A stretch of 64,000 nucleotides of DNA from Clostridium sp. CAG:354_28_25 (GTDB lineage: Bacteria; Bacillota; Clostridia; TANB77; CAG-508), in NCBI GenBank assembly GCA_001915925.1, contig MNRL01000017.1, forward strand, positions 2,780-66,779, in the 5' to 3' direction. Numbering within the stretch: the first letter of the stretch is position 1; every line of letters begins with the position of its first letter. The notes beneath the pieces are model-generated. The model made no database searches, was not told where the DNA came from, and saw only the letters and a list, made by a program, of their open reading frames with translations. Both the position numbers and the translations under genes were made by a program. Below, piece by piece: positions 41,835 through 52,481 of this stretch.

Positions 41835-42239
41835 TTAGCAATAACAAGTATCCACTTTTCTAAATATGCTTTCATATTGCACCATTTCCTTATACTTTAC
41901 TGCATAAATAATCTGTGGCAATAGAAAATATATTGCAGAAAAGGTCATTGCAATAAAATATAACGCCGCCACTAAACCAACTGCAACTCCGGAAGCCAAA
42001 ATAAATGCTCCAATTATTGCCAAATTAAAAAGTATCATCCCTGTTATCATTTTCTTTTTGGATGGCTTTTCATCTTCTTTATTGGCCTGCATCTCCTTCT
42101 CCATTACCTCAACCATATTCATAAGACTTGCCACAAGCGTTCCGTCTTTTTGGATTGCTACTTTCGCTGCGATTCCTGTTTCTGGTGATTTTACTACTAG
42201 TAAATCTCCCACTTTGTAACCTAACCGCTCTCTTCTCAT
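41835..42239 (-). CDS. hypothetical small membrane protein (N-terminal soluble beta-rich domain plus 2 TM)
   Basis: RBS GAAAGGAGAAAGAATA-ATG (MRRERLGYKVGDLLVVKSPE...). The track ORF starts further upstream at 42308. Confidence 0.35.
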   Translation of the reverse strand: MRRERLGYKVGDLLVVKSPETGIAAKVAIQKDGTLVASLMNMVEVMEKEMQANKEDEKPSKKKMITGMILFNLAIIGAFILASGVAVGLVAALYFIAMTFSAIYFLLPQIIYAVKYKEMVQYESIFRKVDTCYC

Positions 42240-42349
42240 TATTCTTTCTCCTTTCAACAGATTGTAAACATAATTATTATACCATTTTTTCCATATATTG
42301 TCTAACAAAAAACTGCTCTCTATACTTCACGAAAGCAGTTATTATTATA

Positions 42350-44149
42350 TTATTGTAATTCTTGTTTTATTTTTATTGCTAAATCTCTATTTATTCCTTT
42401 TACTGTCATTAATTCTTCAGGTGATGCATTTTTAATATTACTAACAGTTTTAAATCTTTTTAATAATAAATTTCGCTTTACCTCACCTATTCCAGAAATT
42501 TTATCTAAAGCCGATTCAGTCATTTCTTTCTCACGTAATTTTTTATGATAAGAAATTGCAGTATCATGAACTGTATCTTGGAATTTTGTAATTAAGTTTA
42601 ATAATTCCTCTGATATTTCTATTTCATTTCTATCTTCGTCCATTAAAGCTCTGGTTCTATGTTTATCATTTTTTACCATTCCAAAAATTTTTATATCTAC
42701 ATTTAGTTTATCAATTACTCTTCTTGCTGCTCTAATTTGGGTAATTCCCCCATCTACAAATATTACATCAGGTAAATTTCCAAATCCTGTACTAGTTCCA
42801 TTTAGTGAATGTTTTAATCTTCTTTCTATTACTTCTTCCATACATCTTGGATCATCTTGACCATATACTGTTTTTATCTTAAATCTTCTAGATAGATTCT
42901 TCTTTATAATACCATTCTGCATTACACACATTCCTGCAACCATATTTGTTCCTGAAATATTAGATATATCATAACATTCAATTTTTCTTGGTATTTTATC
43001 CATCTTTAATACATCTTTTAATTCTAACAATAGACTATTTTTATCTTCAAATTTATTTTTTAAAGTAACTTCTGCATTATTTTCTGCCATTTCCACAAAA
43101 CGTAGTTTTTCTCCTTTTTGCGGAGTTTTTATTTCTACCTTATGATTTGCAATATTAGAAAGCCATTCTTCTATCGTTTCTTTATCTTCTGGCTCATATC
43201 TCATCATAATTTTATTTGGTAAATTAGGATTATCCATATAATATTGTTTTATAAACCCTGATAAAATCTCGCTGTCTGACATATCAACTAAATCTTGGAA
43301 GAAATAATATTCTCTGCCAACCATTTTGCTTCCTCTTACAAAAAATATCTCTACACAAACTTCTAAATCATTTTTTGCAATTCCTATAACATCTATATTA
43401 TTTTCTGATATATTTGATACCCTTTGTTTTTCCGAAATTCTTTCGATTGCAACCATTTTATCTCTTAAATATGCCGCCTTTTCAAAATCTAGTTTTTTAG
43501 ATGCCTCTTCCATTTGCAATCCAAGTTCTTTTATTATTTTACTTGTCTTTCCATCTAATAAATCTATTATCTCATCAATCTGTTTTCTATAGTCTTCTTT
43601 AGAAATATATCCCACACATGGAGCAAAACATTTTTTTATATGATAATTTAGGCATGGTCTTTGTGTAGATTTAAAATTTCTACATTGTCTAATTTTATAC
43701 TTGCTTTTTATAAAATCAACCATTTCTTTTGCAGCACCTGGATTTGCATATGGACCAAAATATTTTGATCCATCATTTATTAATCTTCTTGTTATAATTA
43801 CATTTGGAAAATCTGATTTTATATCAATTTTTATATATGGATATGTTTTATCATCTTTTAGCAATACATTAAATTTAGGTCTATATTTTTTAATTAAATT
43901 GCATTCTAAAATTAATGCTTCTGCTTCATTATTTACAACTATATATTCAAAATAATCAACTAAAGACACCATCTTTTTTATACGTTCGGTTTTATTTGTT
44001 TTTCTAAAATATGATGTAACTCTTCTTTTTAGTGAAATAGCTTTACCAACATATATAATATTATTATTTTTATCATGCATAAGATATACACCTGGTTTAG
44101 ATGGCAACTTTTTAATCTCCTCTTCTATATTAAACTTATTATTCTGCAT
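42350..44149 (-). CDS. uvrC: excinuclease ABC subunit UvrC
   Basis: N-terminal GIY-YIG domain (PGVYLMHDKNNNIIYVGKA), RNase H-like endonuclease domain and C-terminal HhH. The start at 44149 (MQNNKF...) has RBS AGGAGAGG. The track start is 44182. Confidence 0.92.
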   Translation of the reverse strand: MQNNKFNIEEEIKKLPSKPGVYLMHDKNNNIIYVGKAISLKRRVTSYFRKTNKTERIKKMVSLVDYFEYIVVNNEAEALILECNLIKKYRPKFNVLLKDDKTYPYIKIDIKSDFPNVIITRRLINDGSKYFGPYANPGAAKEMVDFIKSKYKIRQCRNFKSTQRPCLNYHIKKCFAPCVGYISKEDYRKQIDEIIDLLDGKTSKIIKELGLQMEEASKKLDFEKAAYLRDKMVAIERISEKQRVSNISENNIDVIGIAKNDLEVCVEIFFVRGSKMVGREYYFFQDLVDMSDSEILSGFIKQYYMDNPNLPNKIMMRYEPEDKETIEEWLSNIANHKVEIKTPQKGEKLRFVEMAENNAEVTLKNKFEDKNSLLLELKDVLKMDKIPRKIECYDISNISGTNMVAGMCVMQNGIIKKNLSRRFKIKTVYGQDDPRCMEEVIERRLKHSLNGTSTGFGNLPDVIFVDGGITQIRAARRVIDKLNVDIKIFGMVKNDKHRTRALMDEDRNEIEISEELLNLITKFQDTVHDTAISYHKKLREKEMTESALDKISGIGEVKRNLLLKRFKTVSNIKNASPEELMTVKGINRDLAIKIKQELQ

Positions 44150-44299
44150 TTTAATACCTCTCCTATTTATTAACTTTTTCATATTTTGTTAATAAATGAT
44201 TATCATACAATATATTATACCATCGTTTAATTCTTGTTTCAATATTCATACAATGCAGAAATACACCTCATCACTGAGGTGCATCCCTACTAAATCCGG

Positions 44300-44755
44300 T
44301 CACATATTGTCATAGAAATCTGAGCAAATCCAAAAATCATCTTTGTTTTCACTAAGCTTTAAAAACAATCTATCTAACTCTTCATAAATCTGTTTGCCAT
44401 CCATGAAAAGTGCTGTTTCTGCTACCCTAATGCCATGCTCTGCCCTTATGTTGTTGGCGAAAAGACGGATTAATACACCTTTATTAAAATAAAAGGTAAT
44501 TTCCAATACATTTTTACCAAAAGTCTTGGCTATATGTCCCTTTCTTAATCCTTCTTTTAGGGCATTAAACAAAGCTGAGTAATAATCTTCATCAGATTCG
44601 TCTTTGGGTTTCAGAAACTCAACCATCAATTCCTGAACCTTTTCCTCGCTTCCTACGATACACATATGTGTGGACTCTTTAAGTTCTAAAACTTTAAAAT
44701 CAAACTCTCTTCCTTTGTAACTAATCCGGTAGAAATCATCCATCCTTACTATCAT
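44300..44755 (-). CDS. hypothetical cytoplasmic protein (151 aa), with local GC above the surrounding sequence
   Basis: RBS GGGAGGAAAAAGT-ATG (MIVRMDDFYRISYKG...). No recognisable motif. A hairpin at 44264-44281 lies downstream. Confidence 0.4.
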   Translation of the reverse strand: MIVRMDDFYRISYKGREFDFKVLELKESTHMCIVGSEEKVQELMVEFLKPKDESDEDYYSALFNALKEGLRKGHIAKTFGKNVLEITFYFNKGVLIRLFANNIRAEHGIRVAETALFMDGKQIYEELDRLFLKLSENKDDFWICSDFYDNM

Positions 44756-44961
44756 ACTTTTTCCTCCCATTCAGGATTGAATAACCTAAAACTATTTGTT
44801 ACACTTGTTTATTTTATACTCTTTTCTTAAATTTAGCAATACCTATAATTTTATTAAGGACTTGATACTTTTTCGATTTTATTATAATATAATACCGTAA
44901 GCCAAAAAGTTTACAAGATAAAAATATTTGAAAGGAGGAAATTTTATATTATATAAATGAC

Positions 44962-45125
44962 ATAAAAAAGCGCCAGGACACATTTTGTGTTGACGAGGTC
45001 AGAGCTAATCGAAATTTTCGGCGGGTACTCTGTGGTATGCTACTACCATAAATATTAGCAAAACCTACTAGTGATAGTAGAACAAATCTAATTGTGTAGC
45101 TATATTGTTACTTTTTGGCTATTTT
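44962..45125 (+). ncRNA. glmS ribozyme: glmS ribozyme (GlcN6P-responsive self-cleaving riboswitch) in the glmS 5' UTR
   Basis: Conserved core elements AGCGCCAGGAC and GUUGACGAGG, plus AUCGAAAUUUUCGGCGG, sit directly upstream of glmS (ATG 45148). Confidence 0.8.
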
Positions 45126-45147
45126 TTAATAGGAGGTACAATATATT

Positions 45148-46971
45148 ATGTGTGGAATTATTGGTTATATAGGAACCAAAAAAGCCAAACCAATTTTAAT
45201 TAATGGTTTACTTAGATTAGAATACAGAGGTTATGACTCTGCAGGAATTGCCACAGTAGAAAAAGATGGCATAAAAGTTATAAAAGAAAAAGGAAGAATT
45301 GCAAATTTAGATGCAATGGATGGAATAAATGATTTAGAAGGTACTATTGGTATTGGTCATACTAGATGGGCAACACATGGAAAACCTTCTGCTATTAATT
45401 CTCATCCACATTATGATAATGAGAAATTATTTGCGGTTGTGCATAATGGAATAATAGAAAATTATCATGACTTAAGAAAATTTTTGGAAGACAATGGATA
45501 CACATTCCTTTCTGATACTGATACAGAGGTTATTCCAAATTTAATTAATTTTTATTACAAAAAAGAAAATGATTTCTTAAAAGCTGTTAAACTAGCTTGT
45601 GATGAGTTAAAAGGTAGTTTTGCTTTAGAAATCTTATGCAAATATTATCCAGACAATATGATTGTCGTAAGACAAGATAGCCCTTTAGTTATTGGTAGAG
45701 GTTTAGATGAAAATTATATTTCTTCTGATATTCCTGCTATTTTATCATTTACTAAAGACTTCTATTTCCTAAATGATAGAGAATTTGCAGTACTATCAAG
45801 AGATAATATAGATTTTTATGATAATGAACTAAACAAAATTGATAAAGTTGTTAAGAGTATTGAATGGAATACTGCATCAGCAGAAAAAGACGGTTATGAT
45901 GACTTCATGTTGAAAGAAATCTATGAACAACCAAATGCGATAAGAGAAACAATTGGTTCAAAATTATCTGAAAGTAAAATCTCTTTTAATGATTTCGAAA
46001 TTAAAAAAGAATTTTTAGAAACTATTAATAGAATATATATTGTTGCATGTGGTACAGCAATGAATGCTGGGCTGGCTACAAAGGCTACTTTTGAAAATTT
46101 CTGTAAAATCCCAACTGAAGTTGATATAGCTTCAGAGTTTAGATACAGAAATCCATTAATAGATGAACATACATTATGTATTTATATTAGCCAATCTGGT
46201 GAGACTGCAGATACAATTGCAGCTTTAAAACTAGCCAAAAGCAAAGGTGCAAAAACTATAGCAGTAGCAAATGTTATTGGTAGCTCTATAACTCGTGAAG
46301 CAGATTACTGCATTTATACACATGCAGGTCCAGAAATTGCTGTTGCTTCTACCAAAGCATATACTTCACAAGTTGTTTTATTAAATATTTTAGCATTATA
46401 TTTTGCAGAAGTTTTAGATAGAATTCCTAGCTCAACAATTGATTCAATGAAAAAAGAGCTTTTGGAATTACCTAAAAAAGCAGAAATAACATTAGGAAAT
46501 GTTGCAGAAGTTAAAAACTTCGCTAATATTGTATATAAAGAAACAGATATGTTCTTTTTAGGTAGAGGTGTAGACTACTATGTAGCATCTGAAGGATCTT
46601 TAAAATTAAAAGAAATTTCATATATTCATTCTGAGAGCTATGCAGCAGGTGAATTAAAACATGGACCTATAGCTTTAATAGAAAATGATGTTACAGTAAT
46701 AGGAATTATTACAAATCCTAATTTGGTTGAAAAAACAATAAGTAATATACAAGAAGTTATTACAAGAGGAGCTAAAACTTTAGTAATTACAAATCAAAAG
46801 ATAAACGAATCACAGTTCTTTAAGGTAATAAACATTCCTGATACAGAACCTTGTTTATCACCAGTTTTATCTATAATACCTTTACAATTACTTGCATATT
46901 ATATTTCAAAAGAAAAAGGATTAGATGTTGATAAACCTAGAAATTTAGCAAAATCTGTAACAGTTGAATAG
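45148..46971 (+). CDS. glmS: glutamine--fructose-6-phosphate aminotransferase GlmS
   Basis: Starts MCGIIGY (Ntn Cys2) and has two SIS domains. 607 aa. Confidence 0.95.
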   Translation: MCGIIGYIGTKKAKPILINGLLRLEYRGYDSAGIATVEKDGIKVIKEKGRIANLDAMDGINDLEGTIGIGHTRWATHGKPSAINSHPHYDNEKLFAVVHNGIIENYHDLRKFLEDNGYTFLSDTDTEVIPNLINFYYKKENDFLKAVKLACDELKGSFALEILCKYYPDNMIVVRQDSPLVIGRGLDENYISSDIPAILSFTKDFYFLNDREFAVLSRDNIDFYDNELNKIDKVVKSIEWNTASAEKDGYDDFMLKEIYEQPNAIRETIGSKLSESKISFNDFEIKKEFLETINRIYIVACGTAMNAGLATKATFENFCKIPTEVDIASEFRYRNPLIDEHTLCIYISQSGETADTIAALKLAKSKGAKTIAVANVIGSSITREADYCIYTHAGPEIAVASTKAYTSQVVLLNILALYFAEVLDRIPSSTIDSMKKELLELPKKAEITLGNVAEVKNFANIVYKETDMFFLGRGVDYYVASEGSLKLKEISYIHSESYAAGELKHGPIALIENDVTVIGIITNPNLVEKTISNIQEVITRGAKTLVITNQKINESQFFKVINIPDTEPCLSPVLSIIPLQLLAYYISKEKGLDVDKPRNLAKSVTVE

Positions 46972-46997
46972 GGATTTGGGGACGTTCCTTTTTTCCC
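46971..46997. repeat. GGGATTT-palindromic repeat, copy 8 (gggatttggggacgttccttttttccc), with a degenerate 3' half, overlapping the glmS stop
   Basis: The same 19-nt 5' half as copies 2 and 7. Confidence 0.6.
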
Positions 46998-47005
46998 TAC
47001 ATCAT

Positions 47006-47067
47006 AAAAAGCGACTTTTAAAGTCGCTTTTTTGATTGTCTTTATAAGTGTAAAGACTTCTTTTTTC
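47006..47067. terminator. two tandem intrinsic terminators between glmS and bofA
   Basis: AAAAAGCGACTTTTAAAGTCGCTTTTTT, followed by GTCTTTATAAGTGTAAAGACTTCTTTTTTC. Confidence 0.7.
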
Positions 47068-47117
47068 TTTTAACATCCAATTTACACATTTTTTGTATTC
47101 AAAAGTATTTTTTTATC

Positions 47118-47390
47118 TCATATAATAAATAATTGCAATATTATTAACAGTACTGCACCTGGCAATCCCAATAATCCAACTAAAGCAGACGTAAAAATAT
47201 TTAGTCCTATATGAAAATTAAACCCTTGACCTATATAGTTTATTACTAATATTAATAAACCTCCTAGAACTGAATTTAGTGCTAATTTGCATACAAATTT
47301 AAGTGGTTTTACAAATATTCTTCCAAATAAAAATATAAAACATATTGATGCTGCAAAAACTAACATATTATTATAGTCCATATACATCAC
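47118..47390 (-). CDS. bofA: pro-sigma-K processing inhibitor BofA
   Basis: 90 aa with 2 TM. The C-terminal VGLLGLPGAVLLIILQLF matches the BofA family. The conserved yaaL-bofA neighbourhood supports the call. Confidence 0.75.
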   Translation of the reverse strand: MMYMDYNNMLVFAASICFIFLFGRIFVKPLKFVCKLALNSVLGGLLILVINYIGQGFNFHIGLNIFTSALVGLLGLPGAVLLIILQLFII

Positions 47391-47429
47391 TCCTACTAAT
47401 ATTTATGAAGTCATATGGACAAATATACA

Positions 47430-47717
47430 TTACATTGCTTCTTGTTTAGTTAAATTTCTAATATCTCTTTCTTGAATATTATCTATTATTAGTCCTCTTC
47501 TTTTTATCTTTTTTAATAAATAATTTATTTTGGCTTGATTAGCTTTTATCTGATATGCATAATAATCTACAAGCTCTCCATCAGCAAATTCAAAATTTTT
47601 ACTTGCCAATTCTAAATCCATTTTTGTCTTTATTAATGCCTTAACTAAATCAAGACTTTTCTCTTCATCTGTCTTGTCTATAATTTTACTTTCTTTAATA
47701 TATGTTTCATAAATCAT
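47430..47717 (-). CDS. yaaL: YaaL-family protein (DUF2508)
   Basis: 95-aa helical protein directly upstream of bofA, as in Bacillus (recR-yaaL-bofA). Confidence 0.6.
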   Translation of the reverse strand: MIYETYIKESKIIDKTDEEKSLDLVKALIKTKMDLELASKNFEFADGELVDYYAYQIKANQAKINYLLKKIKRRGLIIDNIQERDIRNLTKQEAM

Positions 47718-47765
47718 TTTATCACCTCAATCATCCTATAGTAAGTATATTCAAATTTTCTCAAA

Positions 47766-48587
47766 TTATTCCAAAAAATTTATTATTATGATTGATATTG
47801 ATTGAATTATAAATAGATTTAATGTATTAGATACCAAAAGATTATTACTAGCTTCTATTACACCTAATTCTTCGTTACTATTTTTATGAAATTTTTGACT
47901 TTCTATAAATGTAACAAATTCTGGTATACTTGTTGCAATTCCCAAAACTATACCTATAATAATTTCTGAAACATCAAAAATATAGCGTAAATTTTCTAGC
48001 GTGTCTCTTAACAAATTTCCTACTAAATATAATATAATTCCTATTAGCAAAATATATACAAAATAAATAGGTATCTTCTTTTTATTTGTTTTTACATGTG
48101 AAATCGTTTCTTTAGTTTCGATATTTAATTTTCCGTTATAATGCTTATTTATTTTATTGAAAACATAAAATAAGATAATATATATTACTGCTATTGCTAC
48201 ACTATCTCCTATATCTATTTTCCAGATAATTATTGGAATTATTATCGTTATCAATACTAATACAAGATTTATTTTTAATGCTTTATTTTTTAAAACTTTT
48301 AGATTATTATTTATTGCCATAGCCAATATATATTGAATACAATTAATAATATTAGAACTTAGTATATTAAAAAGCCCTGCATCTGCCATTCCACTAATAG
48401 AAGAAAATGTTACTGTTAAAAATTCAGGAATACTTGTCGCAATTCCCGAAATATTCCCTATAGTTTGTGGCTTTAATTCTAAAAGTTCTCCAACTTTTCT
48501 AAGTACTGGAACTAATAGATTCTTAGACACAAAGATTATGATTAATAATTCTATTATTAATTTTATAATTTCCAAAATAAAATTCAT
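47766..48587 (-). CDS. sodium/calcium exchanger (CaCA family) membrane protein
   Basis: Two alpha-repeat motifs, GNISGIATSIPEF and LGIATSIPEFVTF, within a polytopic membrane protein of 273 aa. Confidence 0.6.
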   Translation of the reverse strand: MNFILEIIKLIIELLIIIFVSKNLLVPVLRKVGELLELKPQTIGNISGIATSIPEFLTVTFSSISGMADAGLFNILSSNIINCIQYILAMAINNNLKVLKNKALKINLVLVLITIIIPIIIWKIDIGDSVAIAVIYIILFYVFNKINKHYNGKLNIETKETISHVKTNKKKIPIYFVYILLIGIILYLVGNLLRDTLENLRYIFDVSEIIIGIVLGIATSIPEFVTFIESQKFHKNSNEELGVIEASNNLLVSNTLNLFIIQSISIIIINFLE

Positions 48588-48735
48588 ATATCTCTCCTAT
48601 ATATGAATTATTTACATTATTTTATGAATTAAACAAGTTAATTTCAAATTTTCTTGTAATAATAAAGCTCTTTTGCAACAAAAAAACACTTAAATATTAA
48701 ATGAATTTTAATACTTAAGTGTTCTACTTTATTAA

Positions 48736-49278
48736 CTATTTTAATAATTCTAATATTGCCATTTCTGCAGCGTCACCTTTACGAGGTCCTACTTTAATTA
48801 TTCTTGTATATCCTCCAACTTTTCCAGCTGTATCATATCTTTCTGCTAATTCTCCAAATAATTTTGCTGGAATGTCTATGTTTCTTCCATCTGCATCTTT
48901 AACTTTGCAAACAGTATTCATTATTTTTCTTCTTGCATTTAATCTTGAAGGCATATCTTTTTGTCTTTTTTCTGTTACTTCTTCTTTAACAACTTTTAAA
49001 TATTCATTACCATTTTTGCTTTTTACTAATTCTGTAACTTTGTTTCCATTAGTATCTCTTTTTGCTCTTACTATTTTTTTGTCTTCTAATTCGAAATTAT
49101 CTTTTTCTTTAATAGCTAAAGCAATTAGACTATTAGCAATAGCTTGAGTTTCTTTAGCTCTAGCTAATGTTGTAGTTATTTTTTCGTTTACTAATAAATC
49201 AGTTACTTGTGTTCTTAGCATTGCTTTTCTTTGTGCAGTTGTTTTTCCAAGTTTTCTATTCTTTGCCACTTCTTTCAC
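48736..49278 (-). CDS. rplQ: 50S ribosomal protein L17 (with ~70-aa internal insertion)
   Basis: N-terminal RKLGKTTAQRKAMLR and C-terminal GGYTRIIKVGPRKGDAAEMAILELL are L17 signatures. 180 aa. Confidence 0.85.
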   Translation of the reverse strand: MKEVAKNRKLGKTTAQRKAMLRTQVTDLLVNEKITTTLARAKETQAIANSLIALAIKEKDNFELEDKKIVRAKRDTNGNKVTELVKSKNGNEYLKVVKEEVTEKRQKDMPSRLNARRKIMNTVCKVKDADGRNIDIPAKLFGELAERYDTAGKVGGYTRIIKVGPRKGDAAEMAILELLK

Positions 49279-49294
49279 ACCTTTCTAATTTATT

Positions 49295-50239
49295 TTAATC
49301 ATCATCTGGCGCAAAGTCTAATCCTAATGAATGTAATTTATTTGTTACTTCATCTAATGACTTTTTACCTAAATTCCTTACTTTCATCATTTCTGACTGA
49401 GTTTTATTTACTAAATCTTCTACTGTTACAATACCAGCTCTTTTTAAACAGTTAAATGAACGTACAGAAAGCTCTAAGTCTTCTATTGTCATTTCTAGTA
49501 CTTTTTCTTTCTTAGATTCTTCTTTTTCTACCATTACTTGAGTATTTTTTGCAGCTTCTGATAAATCTATAAATAGTTCTAAGTGTCCAGTCATTACTTT
49601 AGCAGCTAAGCTAAGAGCTTCATATGGTTTTAAACTTCCATCTGTCCAAACTTCTATTACTAATTTATCATAATCTACCATTTGTCCAACTCTAGTATTT
49701 TCTACAGAATAATTTACTTTCTTTACAGGTGTATAAATTGAATCTATTGGAAGTACTGATATATCTTGTCCTTCTTTTTTATTTTGTTCTGCAGTATTAT
49801 ATCCTCTTCCTGTATTAACTGTCATTTCAATAACTAAATGTCCACCTTCTGAAACTGTTGCAATATGTAAGTCTTTATTTAAAACTTCTACAACACCATC
49901 AGTTATTATATCTCCAGCTGTAACTTCTCCTTCTTTTGCATCAATTCTAATAACTCTCTCTTCATTTCCATCCATTTTTAGACGAACATCTTTTAAGTTA
50001 ACAATAAGTTCCGGCACGTCTTCCACTACATTTGGAATTGTAGAGAATTCATGTAAAACACCTTCTATTTTAATACTTGTAATTGCTGTTCCAGGTAAAG
50101 AAGAAAGTAATATTCTTCTTAATGAATTACCTATTGTTACACCATATCCACGTTCTAATGGTTCACAAACGAATTTAGAATAATTTCTTTTTTCATCAAC
50201 TTCCAAGCATTGTATGTCTGGCTTTTCAAATTCAATCAT
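49295..50239 (-). CDS. rpoA: DNA-directed RNA polymerase subunit alpha
   Basis: 314 aa with N-terminal dimerisation domain and C-terminal alpha-CTD ([15 protein letters not shown]). Confidence 0.95.
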   Translation of the reverse strand: MIEFEKPDIQCLEVDEKRNYSKFVCEPLERGYGVTIGNSLRRILLSSLPGTAITSIKIEGVLHEFSTIPNVVEDVPELIVNLKDVRLKMDGNEERVIRIDAKEGEVTAGDIITDGVVEVLNKDLHIATVSEGGHLVIEMTVNTGRGYNTAEQNKKEGQDISVLPIDSIYTPVKKVNYSVENTRVGQMVDYDKLVIEVWTDGSLKPYEALSLAAKVMTGHLELFIDLSEAAKNTQVMVEKEESKKEKVLEMTIEDLELSVRSFNCLKRAGIVTVEDLVNKTQSEMMKVRNLGKKSLDEVTNKLHSLGLDFAPDDD

Positions 50240-50310
50240 ATTTACCTCCTAATAGAGTTGCATTGATATAGCAACCTTTAAAATATTTACCACTTTGCTA
50301 TGGTATACTA

Positions 50311-50937
50311 TTATTTTGAGTAAAGTTCTACTATTAAATGCTCTTCTACTGGTAAATCAATATCTTCTCTTGATGCTAATCTAACTACTTTACCTGTTAA
50401 ATTGTCTAGATCTCTTTCTAGCCAATCTGGAGTAGGTCTGCTAGCATTTTCTTCTACATTAGCTTTAATTGTAGCATTATCTTTCTTAATTTCTCTTACA
50501 GAAATTACATCTCCTGGTTTTACTAAATATGATGGTATATCACATTTCTTTCCATTTACATCGAATTGTGAATGATTTACAAATTGTCTAGCTTGTGCTC
50601 TTGAAGAAGCAAATCCTAATCTATATACAACGTTGTCTAATCTGCTTTCTAATATTGTTAATAATTCTTCACCAGTAATTCCTTTTTTGTTTGAAGCCAT
50701 TTCAAAATATTTTCTGAATTGTTTTTCTCCAACTCCATAATACATTTTTGTTTTTTGTTTTTCTCTTAATTGTGTACCATATTCAGAAAGTTTATTTCTT
50801 TTTTGACCATGTTCTCCTGGTCCATAATTTCTTCTAGCAATACTACATTTTTCTGAATAACATCTGCTACCTTTTAAGAATAATTTTTGACCTTCTCTAC
50901 GGCATATACGGCATTGTTCATCTTTATATCTTGCCAT
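50311..50937 (-). CDS. rpsD: 30S ribosomal protein S4
   Basis: [23 protein letters not shown]... Confidence 0.95.
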   Translation of the reverse strand: MARYKDEQCRICRREGQKLFLKGSRCYSEKCSIARRNYGPGEHGQKRNKLSEYGTQLREKQKTKMYYGVGEKQFRKYFEMASNKKGITGEELLTILESRLDNVVYRLGFASSRAQARQFVNHSQFDVNGKKCDIPSYLVKPGDVISVREIKKDNATIKANVEENASRPTPDWLERDLDNLTGKVVRLASREDIDLPVEEHLIVELYSK

Positions 50938-50978
50938 TTGTCTTTTACACCTCTTCTTTCAAATTTATTATTTCTTAA

Positions 50979-51377
50979 TTATACTCTTCTTCTTTTTGGT
51001 GGTCTACAACCATTGTGTGGTATTGGTGTTACATCTTTGATGCTGCTTATTTCTAGACCTGTTGTTTGAAGTGATCTTATTGCAGCTTCTCTACCAGAAC
51101 CTGGTCCTTTAACAAAAACATCAACTGTTTTTAATCCATGTTCCATAGCTTTTTTAGCTGCTGTTTCTGCAACTTCTCCTGCAGCAAATGGTGTGCTTTT
51201 TCTAGAACCTTTAAATCCTAATCCTCCAGCACTTGCCCAAGATATAACATTACCTTTAACGTCTGTAATTGTAACTATTGTATTGTTAAAACTAGAATGA
51301 ATATGAGCTGAACCTTTTTCTATATTTTTTCTATCTCTTCTTCTAGTTACTGTCTTTTTTGTTACATTTTTAGCCAT
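50979..51377 (-). CDS. rpsK: 30S ribosomal protein S11
   Basis: 132 aa, ...[25 protein letters not shown]... Confidence 0.95.
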   Translation of the reverse strand: MAKNVTKKTVTRRRDRKNIEKGSAHIHSSFNNTIVTITDVKGNVISWASAGGLGFKGSRKSTPFAAGEVAETAAKKAMEHGLKTVDVFVKGPGSGREAAIRSLQTTGLEISSIKDVTPIPHNGCRPPKRRRV

Positions 51378-51422
51378 CTTTCTAGCTTACCTCCCTTTTT
51401 TATACTCTTACGAGCCTAAAAA

Positions 51423-51791
51423 TTATTTCTTTTTGCTTACTAATTTTCTAGGACCTTTTCTTGTACGAGCATTAGTTTTTGTTCTTTGTCCTCTTACTGG
51501 AAGACCTCTTCTATGTCTTAATCCTCTATAGCATCCTATTTCTGTAAGTCTTTTAATATTTAATGCTACTTCTCTTCTTAAATCTCCTTCTAATAATAGG
51601 TGATTTGAATCGATTGCTTTTCTAATTGCTTGTACTTGATCTTCTGTTAAATCTTTTACTCTAGTATCTGGATTTACCTCTGCTTCTTTTAATAGTTTTT
51701 GTGATGTTGAAAGACCAATACCATAAATATATGTTAATCCAACTTCTACTCTTTTTTCTCTAGGTAAATCAATTCCTGATATACGAGCCAT
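51423..51791 (-). CDS. rpsM: 30S ribosomal protein S13
   Basis: [26 protein letters not shown]... Confidence 0.95.
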   Translation of the reverse strand: MARISGIDLPREKRVEVGLTYIYGIGLSTSQKLLKEAEVNPDTRVKDLTEDQVQAIRKAIDSNHLLLEGDLRREVALNIKRLTEIGCYRGLRHRRGLPVRGQRTKTNARTRKGPRKLVSKKK

Positions 51792-51958
51792 AATTGCACC
51801 TCCAAATTTTTTGTTTTTTAAGTATTAAGATTTATATATGAACACAAATTTGATAAAGAGATATTCTCTTCAGCCGCTACCATTTTTGTGCTTATACCAT
51901 AGGATTGTATAATTGTTTATACAATTATACTTGTATATGTACTAATCTTGCTGTCTAA

Positions 51959-52072
51959 TTATCCTTGTCTTTGTTTGTGTTTAGGGTTTTCACAAATAAC
52001 TCTAACAACACCTTTTCTTTTAATAACCTTGCACTTTGGGCATATAGGTTTTACTGATGCTCTAACTTTCAT
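51959..52072 (-). CDS. rpmJ: 50S ribosomal protein L36 (37 aa, zinc-ribbon)
   Basis: Not in the track. Translates to [37 protein letters not shown]. Confidence 0.9.
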   Translation of the reverse strand: MKVRASVKPICPKCKVIKRKGVVRVICENPKHKQRQG

Positions 52073-52194
52073 TTGATACACCTCCTGTTATTACTCATTT
52101 TTATACATTTACTTGAGCAATTATGAAGCGTGAAATCAGATGTGTGGTTTAACTACACATCTCATCTCACACTTCATACCTAAGTTAATAGGAT

Positions 52195-52413
52195 TTATTT
52201 AGCTCTCCATGTTATTCTTCCTCTATTTAAATCATATGGTGATAATTCTACTTTTACTTTATCACCTGGTAATATTTTGATATAGTTCATTCTAAGTTTT
52301 CCTGAAATATGTGCCAATATTTGATGACCATTTTCAAGTTCTACTTTAAAATTAGTATTTGGTAGTGTTTCTACAACAACTCCTTCTACTTCGATTACAT
52401 CTTCTTTTGCCAA
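52195..52413 (-). CDS. infA: translation initiation factor IF-1
   Basis: 72 aa, [41 protein letters not shown]... Confidence 0.95.
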   Translation of the reverse strand: MAKEDVIEVEGVVVETLPNTNFKVELENGHQILAHISGKLRMNYIKILPGDKVKVELSPYDLNRGRITWRAK

Positions 52414-52481
52414 ATTTATTCCCTCCTGAATAATTTAAACATTATTTTAACTATAAATAGCTAATATAGTATACACCATTT

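Noticed and set aside
52100-52150. AGATGTGT...ACACATCT hairpin between infA and rpmJ
   Set aside because: It is a conserved-position intergenic hairpin within the alpha operon, has no terminator tract, and is not unusual.
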